Part shown: piece after piece, positions 60,585 through 64,000 of the stretch
How positions within the stretch are numbered: position 1 is the first letter of the stretch
Layout of the letters: each line of letters starts with the position of its first letter
Assembly: GCA_016618085.1 (NCBI GenBank)
Contig: JABLTG010000003.1
Location: 186,001-250,000 of the forward strand
Direction: 5' to 3'
Source: Neovahlkampfia damariscottae
Taxonomy: Eukaryota
Length of the DNA: 64,000 nt
Position numbers and translations under genes: made by a program
The notes under the pieces: model-generated
Database searches by the model: none
Told to the model about the DNA's origin: nothing
Seen by the model: the letters and a program-made list of their open reading frames with translations, nothing else

Positions 60585-63500
60585 ATGGAAGAAAAACTGA
60601 ACGGAGCTGAAAAAATGAAAATTGCACAGGTAAATCATTAAAAAAGTTTAAAAAAAATACAGAAACTGATGACACAAACAATCAGTAATGATGATCAATT
60701 TTTATCAGTAAAAAATATTTAAAATTAATAAAAAAAAAAGGAAGCTGGAATGTATGCAAGAGAAAGAAGAAAATCAGCTTTAAAAGATGTAAATAAAGAA
60801 GAAGAAGAAGAAGAAAAGAAAAAAGAAGTTCTTTTGCCAAATTTAGAAAGTCCTAATTTTTCAGAAGATGAAGATGATGAATTAATGAATGCTCAAGTAA
60901 TATACAAAAAGAATTCAAACATACTTCAAAAACAAAGAAGTGAATTTCTTCAAAAAATACCAAAAATAACAAATTTACCTGGTAGTCCTGGTTCAATAGA
61001 TTCATCCAATTTACAAACACATTTAGTGTCACCAAAGTCCCAACAAAACAATGTATCACCTTCAAAACATAGAAAAGAGAGTTTTTTAAATAGAACATTT
61101 AGTAAAATACTCAGTCCAAAATCAAGATCACCATCATTGATATCACCTTTACAATCACCTAAAATGACAGATTTAAAATTAGAAGAAGAAAAACCAAATA
61201 ATGAAGATATTGAAATTGAATTTCAAAAAATAATAGTGGATATGGGTATAACCAATAAGAAATTTGTATTTGAAAAATATAAAACAATTGATGATAAATG
61301 GAATTTAGTTAAATTAATGAAAATTAAAATTGAATCACAAAGTGATCAAAAACAACCAAAATATTTTATTGAAGAATTAAAAAAAAATAATTTAAATTTA
61401 AAAAATATTAAAGAATTAAATATTGAATTAAAATCATCACCATTATCTTGGGTTGAAGAATTTTTAAATTTAAATGGTTTAAAATATTTAAATTCTTCAA
61501 TAGCAAAATTAAATTTTCAAACCAATAATTCAAATAATTTAGAAGAAGAAATTCAACTAAATTTAATTAAGTCTTTTTATATTATCGTAAATATTGAAAT
61601 GGGAATGAATTATTTTTTAAATGAAAAAGATTGTTTAAGAAATTTAATTATTTTACTGGATTCAAAAAATTTAAATATAAAATCAAAAATATTATATTTA
61701 TTCGCTTTAATTACTCAATATTCAGAAGATGGTTTATTGTTATGTTTAGATGCTATATCTCATTTTAAACTCGTAAAAAGAGAACCATTTAGATTCGCAA
61801 CAATAAGAAATTTAATAATGATGGATTATATTTCAACAAATGTATCAAGATCAACTTCTTTATCTGGTGCTAAGATCGGTTTTGGAACAACTGGTAATAG
61901 TAATAATACTATACCAACTATTAATACAATGAATGAATTATCAACTGATGAAATTGAAAATCAATTAAGAATTCACTCATTAATGTTTTTAAATTCAATT
62001 TTATCTTCGATTTCTTTGTATAAGTCATTAGAATTTAAAGTTGATATTATTAAGGAATTTAAAAATTTAAATTTAAAATTTAAAAAAAATTCAATTGAAA
62101 GTACTGAATTATTTTTACAAATTGAATTATTTGAAAGTGAAATATCAATGAATGATTTAAAACCTGACGAAGTATTAACTTTGTTTTTTTTAACCAATAA
62201 AAGATCAACCCGCCAATTGAAATATTAAAAAATCAAATGATGAATAATTTGAATTCAATTTCAAAAATACCTTTAAATTTAATTTTTAAATACTTAATTG
62301 AAGTTATAAATTCATCTGAAAATGAATCAAAATTATCGGAAGATTTAATTAAATTATATGATTTCTTAAAAGGGAAAGAAACATTTCAAGATAAATTAAT
62401 CACACAAAAGAATATCATTGATAATTTAGAAGAGTCAAATAAAATCAAAAATGAAAAATTGGAAAACTACATTCAAAATTGGATTTCATTTCCATTTCAA
62501 AATGATAAAGAAAATTTAATTTTAAAAAATGAATTTGAAAAGAATAATGAAATTAAAATGGAAGAATCTTCAAATATTTTATTTCAATTGAATCAAATTA
62601 AACAGATTTACATTGAAAAATTGAATAAAACATCCAATCAAATGGAAGAGAAAAATGATGAAAAGGTCACACCGAAATCCATGTCTAACAGTTCACCTCC
62701 AAGTAGACCACCACCTCCACCACCATCATCATCTGTTCCAACAGGTGGGCCGAATGCTGGCCCGACAGGTGGTCCACCAATGATGTCAAGTGGAGGAGGA
62801 CCACCAGCACCTCCAGGTATTGGTGGACCTCCTATTTTTGGAATGAACACAAAAAATAATTTACCATCAATTTCAAAAAAGAAATCAAGAATTCCAACAA
62901 AAAGAATAAATTTAGAAAATATAAAAAAAAATAAAGTCAAAGAGAGTATATTTGTAAAAAAAGGAATTTGTGAAAATACAATACAATGTAAAATAAATGA
63001 AGAAGAAATTGAAGAATTATTTTCAAATGAATTAATAAATAAAAATGGAACCAATCATGGAACGACTGATTTGATTGGATTAAAAGAAGAAAAGAAACTG
63101 ATATCGTTATTGGATTCTAAAAGATCATATCAAATATCAATAAAATTAAAAAGTTTAAAAGGAGTAACATTAGAAGATATATATAAGGGTATATTATTAT
63201 TTAATGAAGAAATAATAAATGAAGAAGTATTAGAAATTATATCCACAACTATACCAACAGATGAAGAAAAGAAATTATTTTTTAATTTTAAAGGAAATTC
63301 AAAAGAACTAGAATATTGTGATTATTATTTTTATTTAATTTGTCCAATTAAAAATTTAAAAGAACGAATTGAAATTTGGCAATTTAAAAATAAATTCCAA
63401 CAAGAAGTTGAAAATTTAAGATTAGAAATTGAATCTATCATATTTACTGTAAAAGAATTAAACGAATCAGAGTCGTTCTTTAAATTTTTAAGTTTAATAT

Positions 63501-64000
63501 TGACTTATTCAAATTATTTAAATAAACAAGACTCATATGGTTTTCATTTAAATTCTTTAAAAAAATTAATTGATATAAAAACTAAAAATAGAAAATCAAA
63601 TTTATTATTTTATATTATTGAAAAATTAGAAGATTCAAATGAAGAATCAATTTATAATTTTTATAATGAATTAAAAAATATTTCAATTTCTAAAAAAATA
63701 AATATGAATTCAATCAGAGAAAGATTAAACGAAATTAAAATTTTTAAAAATTTATTGGATGATTTATTGGATAAAGATAATGAAATTGAAAAAAAATTTA
63801 AATCTTTTCATGAAATTTTATTAAAGGAATATAGTTTATTAAAAGAGAGATTTGATTTGTCGATAGGAAATTTAAAAAAATTATCAGTTTTATATGATGA
63901 AGATGAATCAATGATGCTTCAAAAACCTGAAGAATTTTTTAATTTAATTGATTCTTTTATTATTACTTATAAAATATCACAAAAAAAAGTGAAAACTTTG
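60585..64000 (+). CDS. formin (GBD/FH3, FH1, FH2), 3'-partial
   Basis: GBD/FH3 motif LSWVEEFL..NGL, poly-Pro FH1 at about 62695-62835, and FH2 motifs ISLLDSKRSYQISI.L and YGFHLNSLKKL.D.KT. The last exon runs off the window. Confidence 0.92.

Noticed and set aside
62638..63054. Gly-rich minus-strand ORF and other antisense ORFs
   Set aside because: These are shadow frames of the formin FH1 region and of K/E-rich genes.
1..64000. Alternative genetic code (UGA or UAR reassignment)
   Set aside because: Long conserved genes have no in-frame stops once micro-introns are removed, Trp is TGG, and TAA/TAG terminate genes normally.
1..64000. Fragmented ORF track suggesting widespread pseudogenes or a prokaryotic/viral origin
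   Set aside because: Most breaks are explained by 27-45-nt GT-AG introns, and gene content is eukaryotic housekeeping.

Overview
This is AT-rich, gene-dense eukaryotic nuclear DNA from a protist. About 37 protein-coding loci are packed with intergenic gaps often under 100 nt and are interrupted by tiny spliceosomal introns (about 27-45 nt). A heterolobosean amoeba is my tentative guess, based on DUF4116 repeats and gene content; I cannot verify it here. Recognisable genes include WDR7, a cyclophilin, symplekin, Rac, a LisH-RasGEF, a MAPK, AHA1, a HIBCH-like protein, profilin, MPPE1/Cdc1, an SLC43-like MFS transporter, COPZ, EMC1, a MAP2K, a GH31 glucosidase, a P450, an ATG11-like protein, a SNARE, VPS11, SEC6, PEX1, MYCBP and a formin. 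The most unusual region is about 14.4-20.3 kb. There, two identical dispersed 5S rRNA genes bracket an internally duplicated membrane-protein gene. Next to them is a PSI-domain/OSCA(TMEM63)-like channel gene that needs a GC-AG intron and carries 3-4 single-base homopolymer frameshifts. Window-wide patterns are CCAAT boxes very close to start codons, TAA stops embedded in AATAAA, and A-tract/T-tract micro-introns. Exon coordinates were spliced by hand, and family calls come from motif recognition, not database searches. I found no mobile element, CRISPR array or tRNA, and no novel system that the sequence alone proves.
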